A stretch of 63,229 nt of DNA, filler included, from Octopus bimaculoides (GCF_001194135.2; 4 parts of 4 records of this genome joined end to end with filler, not necessarily neighbours in it); one strand, 5' to 3'; positions 13,268 to 26,288 are shown, counted from the first letter of the whole stretch. A program made the numbers and translations. Notes: generated from the sequence alone by a model not told the origin.

Positions 13268-13962
13268 ATATATATATATGTGTGTATATAAATATTTGTA
13301 TAAATGTTTACATGGCTCATGAGAACCCAAGGTTTAATCCTGCTGAGTGGCATTATATTTAAGTGTCTTTTAAAACAGCCTCAAGTCAACTTCAGTTTTG
13401 GTTGGTTTAAATAAACAAAGATAATGTCAAGTAGGGAGAATACTTCAGTCCTGCAGAAGACAAAGCAATCTGTTTAGCATTGGTGCCATGATAAAATACA
13501 TCGAGAAAATTTTTTTTAAACTGGTTGCTTTTAGGAAGAGCATCTGGACATAGAAGTCAGAGAATATAAAACATTGCTAACATCATCTCTATCTCATTAT
13601 TGATTCATTAAAGCTGTCTAAGTTCTACTTGCTGCTTCTCAGAAAGCTTTCCATGATACCAGGCAATAAACAAGCCTCTTCTAAATTGTCCAGTCTGACA
13701 GACATAGCAGCCAAATATTCTTCAGATCACATCCTACTTTCTTTAGAAAAGGAAGAGGTACAATAGGTCATGTAATTTTGGTTATAGAAAAAGATCAGAT
13801 GGTCAAAGGAAGAGCATCTTTGAGCATGAATCTGCGCATGCAGAATTGATGTGGAGCTAACAACAACAAACTAGATGGTTCCTGTGTTAAGATATAAAAG
13901 ATGCAGAGATCTAAATAATCTTGTTCTCCTGATTAAAAAACTCTAGTGAAGAGGAAAATTAT

Positions 13963-14346
13963 GTTGGCACTCTCTGTCGCTTACGACGACGAGGGTTCCA
14001 ATTGATCCGATCAATGGAATAGCCTGCTCGTGAAATTAACGTGCAAGTGGCTGAGCACTCCACAGACACATGTACCCTTAACATAGTTCTTGGGGAGATT
14101 CAGCATGACACAGAGTGTGATAAGGCTGACCCTTTGAATTACAGGCACAACAGAAACAGGAATTAAGAGTGAGAGAAAATTGTGGTGGAAGAGTACAGCA
14201 GGGTTCGCCACCATCCTCTGCCGGAGCCTCGTGGAGCTTTAGGTGTTTTTGCTCAATAAACACTCACAACGCCCGGTCTGGGAATCGAAACCGTGATCCT
14301 ATGACTGCGAGTCCACTGCCCTAACCACTGGGCCATTGTGCCGCTG
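13963..14346 (-). mobile_element. SINE family A with 17-bp TSD
   Basis: TSD GTGAAGAGGAAAATTAT at 13946-13962 and 14347-14363. Confidence 0.95.
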
Positions 14347-15104
14347 GTGAAGAGGAAAATTATAACAAGGCATAAACAACAACAACAACATGTATTCGTC
14401 AAACCTGCTGAATTGAAAGCTAAAATCAGCCTTAGTGAAATTTGAACTTCTTTTGTAGACACATGAAAGTGAATATTGAAAAGCAAAGTTTGTCTAGAGT
14501 TCCACCACTCCAACATAATTTCTGAAGTGATTATCAATTCAACTATATTTTTTTTTTTTAGTATTTGTAATGTAGTGTTTTTTTTTCTTATTCTTTCTTA
14601 AATTTTTTTTATGACTGTCACATCCATACTGTCATATAAATAAGAAAGATTTGGCTGATGTCTTTCTGTCTTATCTTATGGAGAGATAGCATGTCATATT
14701 TATAAAAAAAAAAACTATTTTTATAATCATCTCTCTTCGACTTCTCATGAATAGAGTGAGGAAGAGAGAAAAAATTGGAGGGGGAATACTAAAGTATGAC
14801 ATTTGACAACCTTGTCACAGCTTGTACCCGCTAGCAACAAATCAACCAACAAGATAAATTACCAACCAACCAACCGACCAATCACTGGGGAAGGGTGAGA
14901 GGAGTTATGCGATTAAATATTTTGCACAATAACAAAAACAATAACTACAGAAAATGTAGATTGTTTTGTATTCAGTTTTGCTCATAAATTTGTTAAACAA
15001 TTGCATAATGTGCAGCGTAAAAGGCAGTGAATGATTTCTCTGTTGGAGAGTTAAACCACTTATCAACTTAGGGCTATATTGACATTTCTTTCATTTAAGC
15101 CATA

Positions 15105-15136
<32 letters not shown>

Positions 15137-16225
15137 TTTCTTTGTTAAGGCCAACGCCTTTCAAACACTTGTAATATTCTTTAATGCTCGAGCTCAGTGC
15201 TCTGCAACTGGTATACTGCGACACACTGGTGTGCCACGAGACAATGCTAGGTGTGTCGCAGTGTAACCTGAATGATGTTTTTATTCCCTCTACTTTTAGT
15301 TATATTTTAGTTCAGGTGTGCCACCGAATCTTGCAAAGAATATGTGTACCACAACTGAAGAAAAGTTACAGAGCACTGCTGTAGCTAGTTAGGAGAAAAA
15401 AAGGGAAAAAAATTAAACTAATGAACAAAAAAGAATAAGTGGTGTGGCAGGATGGGATGGGGGGTGCTTTCTAGCCATCAGTCTTGTTGAAGATACAATC
15501 TATGAGATTGCTTGCCTGACTAGAAATAGCAGGCAACTTTCAATTCTTTCTCAAATTACCCTTCAATCATTAAAATGGAGAGGCATGTGGGATAATATAT
15601 TCTATAAATATAGATATGGGATGGTCACAGCTGGAAGGCTTTAGATCATAGGTCTGTTCATTAACCCATTAAGGCTGGGTATTAATAACAAGCGTTTCGG
15701 TGCGGGATGCAAAAAAAAAAAAGGAAAAAGAATACAATATGATGATCTATCAAGTAGCTTATAATGCAAATGTGGCTTATATACCACACCTGTCTTCTTC
15801 ACAATTTAGCAGAGTGTCAATAAGCCACACCCCTCCTCTGCAGAAGAAAGCATCTTGTGTCAATATGCCACACCCAACTTTTAAAGGTTAAGAATTAGGA
15901 GACATAGTTATAAGTAACTCTTCCTGAAAAGTCTGAAAGAAATAAGAGGTTTTATAAACGTTATCTCTTTACATGAGAAGACATAGTCTTGTGCTTCATG
16001 CCTGTTTCCATTACAATTTCATTACCCAGTCCATGCTATAATCACAATTAATGATTACGTAGTCTGTAGTGCTGTATAGTGATTTGATCTCACTGCACAG
16101 TAGTAGTAGTAGTAGTAGTAGTAGTTAACAAAATAAAAATCAAGGGATCAGGGATGTTGTGGGAGTCAGTCAAAAGGACTGTAAGTTATCTGCCTTTGGG
16201 TGATAGACTTAATTTGTTATTCAGA

Positions 16226-16422
16226 TTAACCCTTTTGAGTTCACATCGCTCAGTCATTTGTATCATGCATTATCTTGTAGCTTTGGGATTTTGATGAGGT
16301 AACTATTTATTTTTAGAATGACATTGTAGGGTTGGTGTAAGAGGTCAGATCTGGCTGATTTGAATATAAAACAGGTAGAATATTTTGGCTTGATGCGGCC
16401 AGTTTAAATACTGAAGGGTTAA
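16226..16422 (-). mobile_element. piggyBac-type MITE (TTAA)
   Basis: TTAACCCTTT ... GAAGGGTTAA; internal sequence is the reverse complement of the 10051 copy. Confidence 0.75.
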
Positions 16423-17114
16423 TATTAGCATTTTGTCTTTGTGAGCCTAACACTATTCTCTAACAAACATTACTCAAGTCTGAAAATAACAGCACTTCAG
16501 ACTGGTTGGAGGTAATTCAAGGGATGTTTTGGCTCCTACATTTTGTAGGTAATGCAGCCAACCAATTCAAAATATCATGGTATTTATTTGTTGTTGATCG
16601 TAGTGAGATATTTAGTACCATCTTTAATCATTTCAGCCACTTCTATATTAACTATAATAAACTACTGAATTTAATACCTTGATAGAAAATTTATTGTCCT
16701 TGCACGAGACATGAAATAATGTATGAATGCCAGGAGAATGAATAAAGAGTAAATATTGGATTTATACTTATCACTGTCTACCATACAGAGGTTATTTTGT
16801 TACTGTAATTAATACAGGAATTTAAAATCCACAACAGAGTGGGTGGGTTGACCAGGTTTATGATCTGATAGCTTCACTTGAGACTTATAAAATATTGGTT
16901 TTAAAAGATTAGCAAATTGATTAATATTTCATTGGATAGAAGGCTATTTTGTTCTGGTTTGGCTTATAGCTCATAAACTAACATCAGCTTATGACAGGTA
17001 ACTTGCTGCATAATCCCATGTCAAACGAAAGGCGAAGTTGACTGGTAGATGTAAATTGGCAGCAAACTGACAAAGTTGTGAGAGCATTAAATGAAATGAA
17101 ATCCAATAATTTGA

Positions 17115-17300
17115 ATCCAGGTTTGTCCCCGTTTACGGGGGTGGCCTGATCTACCTCACTCTTATAACAATCACTCTAACACCATCTCGCCATCTCACCC
17201 AGTTTTGGGTGTCCTCTCTCCTCGAGTCACCCCTCGCAATCTCCTCCTCCACCTGTCCCCTCCACGTTTTCTTTGCTCGACCTCGCTTTCATGGTTCATT
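17115..17300 (-). mobile_element. RTE-clade LINE 3' end remnant
   Basis: Minus strand KRGRAKKTWRGQVEEEI...REDTQNWVRWRDGVR followed by GATCAGGCCACCCCCGTAAACGGGGACAAACC. Confidence 0.75.
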
Positions 17301-17677
17301 CACTTTACAGTATTCATTCTGGTTATTCGCATCCTGAGTTCAAATTGCACTTAGGTCATATTTCCTACTTGTCTTTCTGGGGTCAATCAATAAAGCACCA
17401 GTCCAGAGCAGAGGACTGACAGAATCAGAGTAGCATATGGGATACCATGTGCTATTTGTTATGGCTCTTTGCATTCTGAGCTCAAATCCTACTGTGGTTA
17501 ACTGAGATGGTAGACTTAAAGTAACACCTTGTTTAACACTGCACCACTTCCTGTTTCTTGGGTGCCTTTAGTGGACTCTACAAGTCCCCAGTATATAGAT
17601 AACTTCCTCTCACCATTTTCAGTGGTGCCATAAAGGAACACCAGCGCTGTACTTCTTTTGCTTAAACAATAGATATA

Positions 17678-18062
17678 TAGGTGCAGGAATGGCTGTGTGT
17701 TAAGAAGTTTGCTTCCCAACCACGTGGTTCCAGGTTCAGTCCCACTACACTGCATCTTGGGTAAGTGTCTTCTGCTATGGCTTTAGGCTGACCAAAGCCT
17801 TGTGAGTAGATTTGGTAGATAGAAACTGAAAGAAGCCCATCGTATATATGTGTGTGTTTGTCCACCGCCACTGCATAATAGTGTTGATGTGTTTACAGCT
17901 CTTTAACTTAGCAGTTCAGCAAAAGTGATTGATAGAATAAGTACTAAGCTTAAAAAAATGTTTTTTTCAAGTACTGGGGTCGATTCATTGGACTACAATT
18001 CTTCAATGCTGTGCCCCAGCATGGCTGCAGTCTAATGACTAAAAGAGGTAAAAGTATAAAGA
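17678..18062 (+). mobile_element. SINE family C, full length
   Basis: GGTGCAGGAATGGCTGTGTGTAAGAAGTTTGCTTCCCAACC ... GGTTCAGTCCC ... CCCCAGCATGGCTGCAGTCTAATGACT. Confidence 0.88.
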
Positions 18063-18114
18063 ATATGTAATTATATACGCAAAATTAAATGCTGTTACTT
18101 ATTCATTTTTTTTT

Positions 18115-18246
18115 TTTTTTTACTTATTTCAGTCATTTGACTGCCATGCTGGAGTACCACCTTTAGTCAAACAAATCAACCCCCAGAATTTATTCGTTGT
18201 AAGCCTAATCAGTCTCTTTTGCCAAACCACTAAGTTACAAGGATGT
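18115..18246 (-). mobile_element. SINE family C 3' fragment (tail-to-tail with 17678-18062)
   Basis: TTTCAGTCATTTGACTGCCATGCTGGAGTACCACC ... GCCAAACCACTAAGTTAC. Confidence 0.75.
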
Positions 18247-19507
18247 GGATAATTTCAATCAAATTCCCTGTTTTAGAAAGGACTAACTTATCACCCAAGG
18301 AACAATTAAGTGCAATAGATAAAATCAATTATCCTCTACAGGTATATTTATAAATGGTGGGTAGGCTTCCCAAAGTTGTACAAATGGTAGAACAAAAACT
18401 GGGTACTGAGAAGAGTACATGAAACAGTGATACGGTGCTCATATAGTGCTCCCACTGCTTACATCAGTGAACCTTATCCAACCACTAATGGCTACTATTT
18501 ACAACTGAGTGTTCTAGGTCAGCGGAACTTCTGATGTTTTGGCTATAATGACTATGCCATAACCATACCATCAAACAATTGCCTGATAGACAGATACCTT
18601 ATCAAACCAGACATCCGTGACGCTGTTATAGCAATAAACACATCAGAAACAAATTTTATATTGTACTGCAGACTTTGATGTTTGTAGTTTATTAAATGAC
18701 AATATAGTTGTAATATATTTTGATATGAATATGTTTGATATATTTTAATAGTTTCGTATATTTATCGAATTTCTTCTGTATGTGTGTGTATGGTTTCTGT
18801 GTGAGATTGTGTGGTTTTTTATTTAAATTTCCAATATTATAAGCTTTAATAAACAGATTTATCTTCATGTCAAAGTGTTTAAAAATATGTTTTGGCTTCA
18901 GTTATATTTTTTTTTTTTTTTTTTTTTCAGAAATATTTTTTTGAAAACTTCATATATTATATTTTAAGTATTGTACCTGTTAAAGTATTAAGCATCTATT
19001 TATCTCTATCTATCTCTCTATAACTCCACCTCATGCACAGACAGATGCACACATACACACAGATGCATGCACGCACACACACATGCATGCTTACGCAATC
19101 ACTACATTTTTATTTGTTAGTCGAAAGAATATTCATTTAAAGTCAAATATTTAAACATTGGCATTTTGTATCGGTTTGAACATCAAGTCAAATAAATGCA
19201 ATGATGGATGAGACAGGTTATATTTATTGTCCTCAGAATGAGCTTCAACAATAGGGGTTAACTCAGACAAGTACTATCCCAGCCCCAGAATCATCAAACC
19301 ACACCTTTATTTTATAACATTAGCTTATTTATTTGCATATTTTATCTGTTTGACTTTTTTATTTGCATATTTCTGAAGCTAGATTAAACAACAGTACTTG
19401 TACAGAAATAGAAAAAAAAAAAAGAACTACACAGACAATCTTATTCGTTTAATTTACAAATGTCAGTAAATTTATCAGACTGCTAGAGACTAGAGGATAC
19501 AAACATA

Positions 19508-19582
<75 letters not shown>

Positions 19583-19689
19583 TCACACACATATATACAT
19601 ACATTTATTTATACCCCCATACATATGTATCCATACATAGATACATACAAACAGACATACACATATGCAGAGAGAGCTTGAAGTGACAG

Positions 19690-19712
19690 TATGGAGAATA
19701 AAGGAGATGATA

Positions 19713-19771
<59 letters not shown>

Positions 19772-19964
19772 GGATAATGTCGATAATAAAAAAAAAAGAA
19801 TATTATCACTCAATTTCTGTCCTATTAAAAGTATTTGAATCATTGGCAAACCTACAACAAATGGTTAAAGCTCCAAAAGAGATCTGATTTGAACTCTGTT
19901 GTATATTTCAATGTTTCCAGTTTATTGTTATTTGTATTATTATACGTGCCTATGTTAGAAATTG

Positions 19965-20007
<43 letters not shown>

Positions 20008-20150
20008 CATCATCATCATCATCAATGATATGATCATTATTACTATTATTCCTATTGCTATTATCATTTCTTTTATTATATTTATTATCACTTTTTTTTT
20101 TACTTATATACATATGTATGTTATCATCATTATTATTATTATTATTATTA
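19690..20150. repeat. (AAT)n/(ATT)n/(ATC)n trinucleotide tracts
   Basis: Simple repeats. Confidence 0.93.
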
Positions 20151-20627
20151 TTTCTGTTTATCTATTTCTATGTTATCAATTGGGGTAGGAGTGGGGGAAA
20201 ATCAGAACAGAAAAATAAATAAAGAAAGAAAGGAAGCAGGGGAATGAATGTAAATTGTCCATTTTGAAACATATGGAGACAGTTTTAGAAATGTTCTATG
20301 AAATTCTTCTGCTATTGAGGAGAAAGGAATAATATTGGTAAAATGATTAATACGAGTTGATTAATAGATATTTCTTCTTCTGTATCTTTTGAGAGTTGGA
20401 ACTGATTTAGTTGACAGTATTCTGGTTTGTTCACTACGAAGTTTGTGGTTTGCACACCATCATCATCAATGTAGAGTAGGGCTGTAAGGCTTTGCTTGCA
20501 AATACAAGAAAGCTTGGGAGAGAGTTTAGAAGCTGTTGTATAATATTCAAACAAAAATAGTTGGTAATTATCATTTACATCACACCCAAGTGAAAGGGAT
20601 CAAAGTATGTGGCATATTGCTGTACTG

Positions 20628-20718
20628 AAGACAAGCTGTCCACCAAGACAAGCTGTCCACAAAGACAAGCTGTCCACAAAGACAAGCTATCCACAAAGAC
20701 AAGCTGTCCACCAAGACA
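20628..20718 (+). repeat. 17-bp minisatellite, ~5 copies
   Basis: AAGACAAGCTGTCCAC(C/A) units. Confidence 0.9.
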
Positions 20719-20819
20719 GAAGAGGGTTGATATCTGAAAACCATCTTGGTAATGCCCACCGATGAAGGGATCTAAAAAAAACCTAAAAAACACTCATGTG
20801 GGTGTCATTTAAAATCATT

Positions 20820-21330
20820 GGTGATGGTGCCATGTAAAAGGCACAGGTATCGGTGCTACATGAAAAAGCACAAGTATTGGTGCTACATGTAAAAGGCACA
20901 GGTATTGGTGCTACATGACAAAGCACAGGTATGTGTGCTACATGTAAAAGGCGCAAGTATTGGTGCTACATGAAAAAACACAGGTATTGATGCTACATGT
21001 AAAAGGCACAGGTATTCGTACTACATGTAAAATGCACAGGTAATCGTGCTACATGAAAAAGCACAGGTGCTGGCGTTACATAAAAAACACTGGTGCCACA
21101 TGAAAAACAGTGGTACTGGAGTCATGTAAAAGGCACTGGTGCTGGTTCCATGTAAAAAACACCCAGTATTCTCTGTAAAGTAGTTGGCATTAGAAAGGGA
21201 ATTCAACCTTAAGAACAATGCTAAAACATGGAACCTGGAGTGGATCCTGGCCTTCCCAGCTCCTGTCAAACTGTCCCATGCTGGTATGCAACTGAAAACA
21301 CCCAGAAAACGATGTTAAATGATGATGATG
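20820..21330 (+). mobile_element. Family D retroelement with amplified internal 27/28-bp tandem array
   Basis: About 13 CATG(T)AAAA(G)GCACAGGTATTGGTGCTA units, then GTTGGCATTAGAAAGGG ... GATGTTAAATGATGATGATG tail. Confidence 0.75.
20831..21160 (+). repeat. 27/28-bp minisatellite with alternating (dimeric) structure
   Basis: Unit lengths 28,27,28,27,28,27,28,28,27, then shorter degenerate units. Confidence 0.9.
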
Positions 21331-21423
21331 TTCAATGTAGTTGTAAATATGATGGATCTCTCTTCAATTTTGATGTATGAGTGGTGAATGCCCAGACATT
21401 AGCAGGCTAGCTGGCTGGCCGGC

Positions 21424-21718
21424 TGGGCACGGTGTTTGATATGGCAATGCATGTTCCTGTTGATTTGATCAATGGAACAATCTTTTCATGAAATAAACAT
21501 GCATGTGAGCAAGCACTCTACAGAAATGTGTACCCTTAAGTTAATCCTCAGAGTGATTCAGCATGACACACAGAATGTGACACAGTTGGCCCTTTGGATT
21601 ACTGGTACAACTCATTTTTGCCAATTAAGTGGACTTGAGCCATGTGAAAGAGACCGGACTGTGTCTTGCCCCTCTGCGAATTGAACTCATGACATCCTGA
21701 TCATGAGCCAAATCACTA
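21424..21718 (-). mobile_element. Old SINE A'
   Basis: Degenerate family A tail (TGTACCCTTAAG...CAGCATGACACA) with CpG decay. Confidence 0.65.
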
Positions 21719-22015
21719 GTAGTAGTAGTAGTATCAAGGCATGTGTCATAACAGTGCATCATTGCATCCACCATTGTTGGTGATTATCTACTCCTGATGG
21801 ATGACACCTTTGCTCCTTGGGTCTGTTTGTGTAGATATTTCTAGTTGGGGTTTTATGAGATCAGAGTGCAAATCCTTCCTCAACCTCTTTTAGTCACCTT
21901 TTACCAACACACAGAAGAAATGTTCTGTCTATTCTTCGGTATGCCGGTCCCCACACAATATATCCAACAGACAACTGAATATAATTCCATGATTGGATAC
22001 AAATCATCATCAATC
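21717..22015 (-). mobile_element. Possible old LINE 3' end with (TAC)n tail
   Basis: Minus strand ends CACATGCCTTGA(TAC)n; upstream residues RLRKDLHSDL resemble a LINE C-terminus only weakly. Confidence 0.3.
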
Positions 22016-22519
22016 ACTTTTTAATTGCTGATAGGAAAAAAAAAAAAATTCTATTGAAATGGTCAAGTGCATCTGTACTATTTTTACCCAGACTAATAAA
22101 TATAATTAAAAAATGAAAAGAAAAGAAAGTGAAATAAAATGAAAAATATAATCTCTTAGAGAATTCATAAGACTGGAGAGACTGAGATTATATTCAAGAT
22201 GGAGTAAAAGATATTGCACTTCGTGAAATATGGAAAGAAGAAATATTCAAAGTAGTACAAGATTAATTCAGCTCACTTCTTCATTTGACATCAACCAGCA
22301 AATTATTTGCTGGAATTATAAAAGAATATGTATGAGTTAGGGAAAGATTTCAATAAAGATCTTGTTATACAAGAGAAAGATTTGATTCAGTCTTCGAATG
22401 AGAAGAAACACAATAATTGCATGCAGTAAAGAATCTTCCAGTTGGTTGGGATGGCTGACATTTCTTATTTGTAATGTCTTCTTTTCATTTTAACAGACAA
22501 AATCATATATGAATGCTCA

Positions 22520-22575
22520 TGTATATATAGATATCTGTATATGTGTATAATACATAAGTACATATATCTATATCG

Positions 22576-22639
<64 letters not shown>

Positions 22640-22659
22640 CATATATGTGTATATATATG

Positions 22660-22697
<38 letters not shown>

Positions 22698-22749
22698 CGT
22701 ATATGTATATATATATATGCATATATATATGTATATATACGTATATATA

Positions 22750-22792
<43 letters not shown>

Positions 22793-22940
22793 GTGTATGT
22801 ATATATACGTGTGTGTGTGTATGTGTGTGCTTGCACGAGTGTATTCATATGTGTATTTGTGTGTGTGTATGTGTGTGCTTGCACGAGTGTATTCATATGT
22901 GTATTTGTGTGTATATATGTGTGTGTGTTTGTGTGCATAC
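22520..22940. repeat. Compound (TA)/(TG) microsatellite with an internal ~36-bp duplication
   Basis: GTGTGCTTGCACGAGTGTATTCATATGTGTATTTGTGTG occurs twice. Confidence 0.93.
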
Positions 22941-22944
22941 ATCA

Positions 22945-23220
22945 GTAGCAGCATTTTGACATCCACTTTTCCATACTTGCATGGGTCAGATGAAACTACT
23001 GATTATATCGGAGCAGACATTTCTGCTGCCAGCGACCCTTTCTAACACCTACCCTCCCTTGCTTTGAAGCAAGTAAATAATTCCACAATCCATCAGACAC
23101 CAAATAGCCCAGACATAACTACACAAAGAACTGGACAGAAAGAGCATGGTTTGTATGATCAGCGAGGCCTTTTGTTTAAAATCAGGAATCAACAAATCTG
23201 AAGATGCGGGGGGAAAATAT
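22945..23220 (-). mobile_element. Family D-related retroelement 3' end
   Basis: TTTTGACATCCACTTTTCCATACTTGCATGGGTCAGATG after a microsatellite. Confidence 0.55.
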
Positions 23221-23510
23221 GTACTCACATAAGCACATACACATTGTCTTCAGTATCCATTTACCAGTTTCATATTCATACATGCATGCATGTATGTATG
23301 TATGTATATATTTAACGTTTTATATATGTGTATATAGACCCCAATGGCCAAAGACCAGCCACAAGCCTGATACTCAGAGTACCAAGGAGTCTGAATTAAA
23401 CTGTTTTGATCTATATATGTATATATATAAAGTTTATATATGTGTGTGTGTGTGTATATATATAGATTTATATGTGTGCATGTATATCTATCTATCTATC
23501 TATCTGTCTC

Positions 23511-23542
<32 letters not shown>

Positions 23543-23718
23543 CATACAGCACTACATAGAAACAAATGTAATTGGTAATTAAAGCCTGTTTATTCAATCT
23601 TCTTGTTGAATAAATTTTTATACACACATACTCTCACACATACACACTTGTGTGAGGGGTGTACATATAGACGTATGTCTGTATATATGTATGTGTGCAT
23701 GTGCATATATGAAGATAA

Positions 23719-23762
<44 letters not shown>

Positions 23763-24368
23763 TCACACATACATGCACATATATACGTACATCTACATTT
23801 ATGTATGTTTGTATATATGTATGTATGTATGAAACGAACTCTAGCCTACTTTTCTATCTTATCAGGGAAGCAATGATTAGGTCATGTTCAGTATGTGACA
23901 GGAACCTTTTTATTGTCAATATTTAGAATGTCAACGTCACATGTCAACATTTAGATGGACAAAATTCACTGTCGGCCTCTATAGAATCTGTGTCCAGAAT
24001 GTGAAGTGCCAAAAGAAAAGAAGGCGCTTTGTCTACTGTTTATACTATCTAACAATTCTGTTAATAAAATCAATTTTCAATATTCCTATTATTTTATACT
24101 AAGATGCTGACAATGGTGATAAATATTTTGGCCTTTTGTATGAATTCTGCATCTACAGGCAATACTCCAGCTGGCCATAATTTTAATAGCTAAATCAAAG
24201 TAAAGGAATATATTCATTATCTTCTTCTACAAACACTAATTTGATATAAAACAGTATTTCTACGTATCATGAGTGTTTGCTTTAATTATTCTAAGGTTAA
24301 ATAGACCATGTAAACAAATTTGGCTTTTGAAAGTGTCTGTGGAATATGTGTGTGTGTGTATATATATG

Positions 24369-24436
<68 letters not shown>

Positions 24437-24473
24437 CTATGTGTATATATAAAATGTATATATATATATATAT

Positions 24474-24573
24474 NNNNNNNNNNNNNNNNNNNNNNNNNNN
24501 NNNNNNNNNNNNNNNNNTTAATTAATTAANNNNNNNNNNNNNNNNNNNNNNNNNNNNNNNNNNNNNNNNNNNN
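24474..24573. other. Artificial scaffold-join spacer
   Basis: 44 N + TTAATTAATTAA (stops in all six frames) + 44 N = 100 bp. Confidence 0.95.
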
Positions 24574-24865
24574 ATATACTTAAGACTTCGTTGTGATCTG
24601 AACAGAACCGCTTCTGACACAGAGAATCGGGAGCCCTTTTGGTCATTCTATTTTCCTTGCTGGAAGGGTTCCTAACCCATGAGCAAAGAGGGGTTAGATG
24701 ATGGCGGTGGTGTTTTCAAAGGGCTGGCATGTGTAACCTGATCACCTCTGCCGATCAAACTCTCAACCCATGCACTCCAGTTGCAACACTGATTCTGCCC
24801 AAATTTGACGTCATGTTACTTAGTTTGGTTAGCTTAATCCCGGGCAAAGCCGGGCTATACTGCTA

Positions 24866-24866
<1 letters not shown>
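24574..24866 (+). mobile_element. Helitron-type 3' end (non-autonomous)
   Basis: GC hairpin CCCGGGCAAAGCCGGG (24839-24854), then 8 nt, then CTAG (24863-24866) followed by T of a (TA)n run. Confidence 0.7.
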
Positions 24867-24906
<40 letters not shown>

Positions 24907-25670
24907 TGTATGTATATGCTTATTTGTAACTATTTTGTCAGCAGATGGTAGTTGTAAATGAGTTTCACAGCCATACAATCATGTCATTCATTTCCAATCA
25001 TGTGTGAAAACATGTCCTGCCATGGGTAGGAGTGATGGTGGTGGTGCTGGAAGTAGATGCAAAACTCTATACCCCATGGTACATAGATATGTTCTGTGTT
25101 CCCCTCACTATCAAAGCAAAGAGCTAATTTTTATGTTTCATTCCTCCTGGGCCAATGAATTCAGTACCAGTGATAAGGGGGAATTATTCCCCCTTACATA
25201 TTCTTATCACCACTAATATCACACCCTCCCTATCATAACCATCACCAAGAAGACACTTCACAATATTTGTAGATTTGTTTGTCATATCCATATGGTTAAC
25301 CATTGTGATTTACCTCAAACTAGCCTTTAAAACCTTTTTTTATTCTCTCTATTTATTTTCTCGTGTTCCTTTCTGCTAATTTAGCTGTATTTACCTGTAA
25401 TTAGTTTCATTTTAAGACAAAAATTTTGAAATAGATTTGGTTGAGAGCCTTTTCTTGAATTCTGTTCCAAAAATCCCATGAATATGTTGATTAATTAAAA
25501 AGTTACAGTTGTTTTATGAAGTCAGTGTAAATTCATGAGTTTGCTAACACTTTATGTGTTTCAATTAAATTTGCAATGAGTATAATGAAGGGGTTAAAAA
25601 TTGAGGCCTTTATTGTATAACATGGTCCTAGATCTATAATGTTACTGAGAAAGAGAGAATGTGTCACATC

Positions 25671-25922
25671 ACCCATGCTGGTGCCATGTCAAAAGCACTT
25701 GTGCTGGTGCCACATAAAGAGCACTTGTGCTAGTTCCACATGAGAGGCACTTAATACACACTATGAGGTGGCTGGCATAAGGATGGGCATCCAGTCATAA
25801 AAATCATGCCATAATAGACAAATTAGAAAATGGTGCAGCACTCCCTACTTGCCAGTTCTTGTTATACCACCCAACACTTGCCAGCATGGAAAATGTGTTC
25901 TGTTATGGTGATGATCATGATG
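25671..25922 (+). mobile_element. Family D retroelement
   Basis: GCTGGTGCCA..T.AAAAGCAC units, GGCATAAGGATGGGCATCCAG, CCAGCATGGAAAAT ... GATGATCATGATG tail. Confidence 0.7.
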
Positions 25923-26037
25923 TTCTTAGATAGAATGTTTTTAATCATGTTTGCTCAGTCGAAGCTGACTTGAGGTTAAGTAACTATGTTGACTTATATT
26001 TCTGTTACAGAGAAGGCTATTGTCTACTATTTTGCAG

Positions 26038-26068
<31 letters not shown>

Positions 26069-26269
26069 ATGTTAACACAATGTGAAGATGTAGCTCTAGT
26101 TTGCAAATGTGTATGCATCATGCAGAATTCTGTAATGTAAATATTAGTAAATTAAAATGTTCAGTAGTTAAGGCAAATATTTGTTTCTGTAAATAATCTC
26201 CATAGAAATGTTATAAATTTCCCACTTTTGAATCTCTGTTTTTCAAGCAGCCTCTATAGTCTAAACTGA

Positions 26270-26288
26270 TGTTTCTTCATGATTTCAG
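26270..26288 (+). other. Candidate 3' splice acceptor of the ZNF1 terminal exon
   Basis: TGTTTCTTCATGATTTCAG| with upstream CTGAT; conserved in the paralog (TTTCTTCATTATTTCAG| ending 40386). Confidence 0.55.

Noticed and set aside
20312-20554. ORF containing LLYIDD as a possible RT fragment
   Set aside because: No other RT motifs occur at the right spacing; the 4-residue match is probably chance.
20831-21160. CRISPR-like array of ~28-bp repeats
   Set aside because: The units are contiguous with no unique spacers, lie inside a retroelement, and there are no cas genes; the context is eukaryotic.
22140-22460. Purine-rich coding-like stretch (DIALREIWKEEIFKVV)
   Set aside because: It has stops in all frames and cannot be assigned; at most an unrecognised TE relic.
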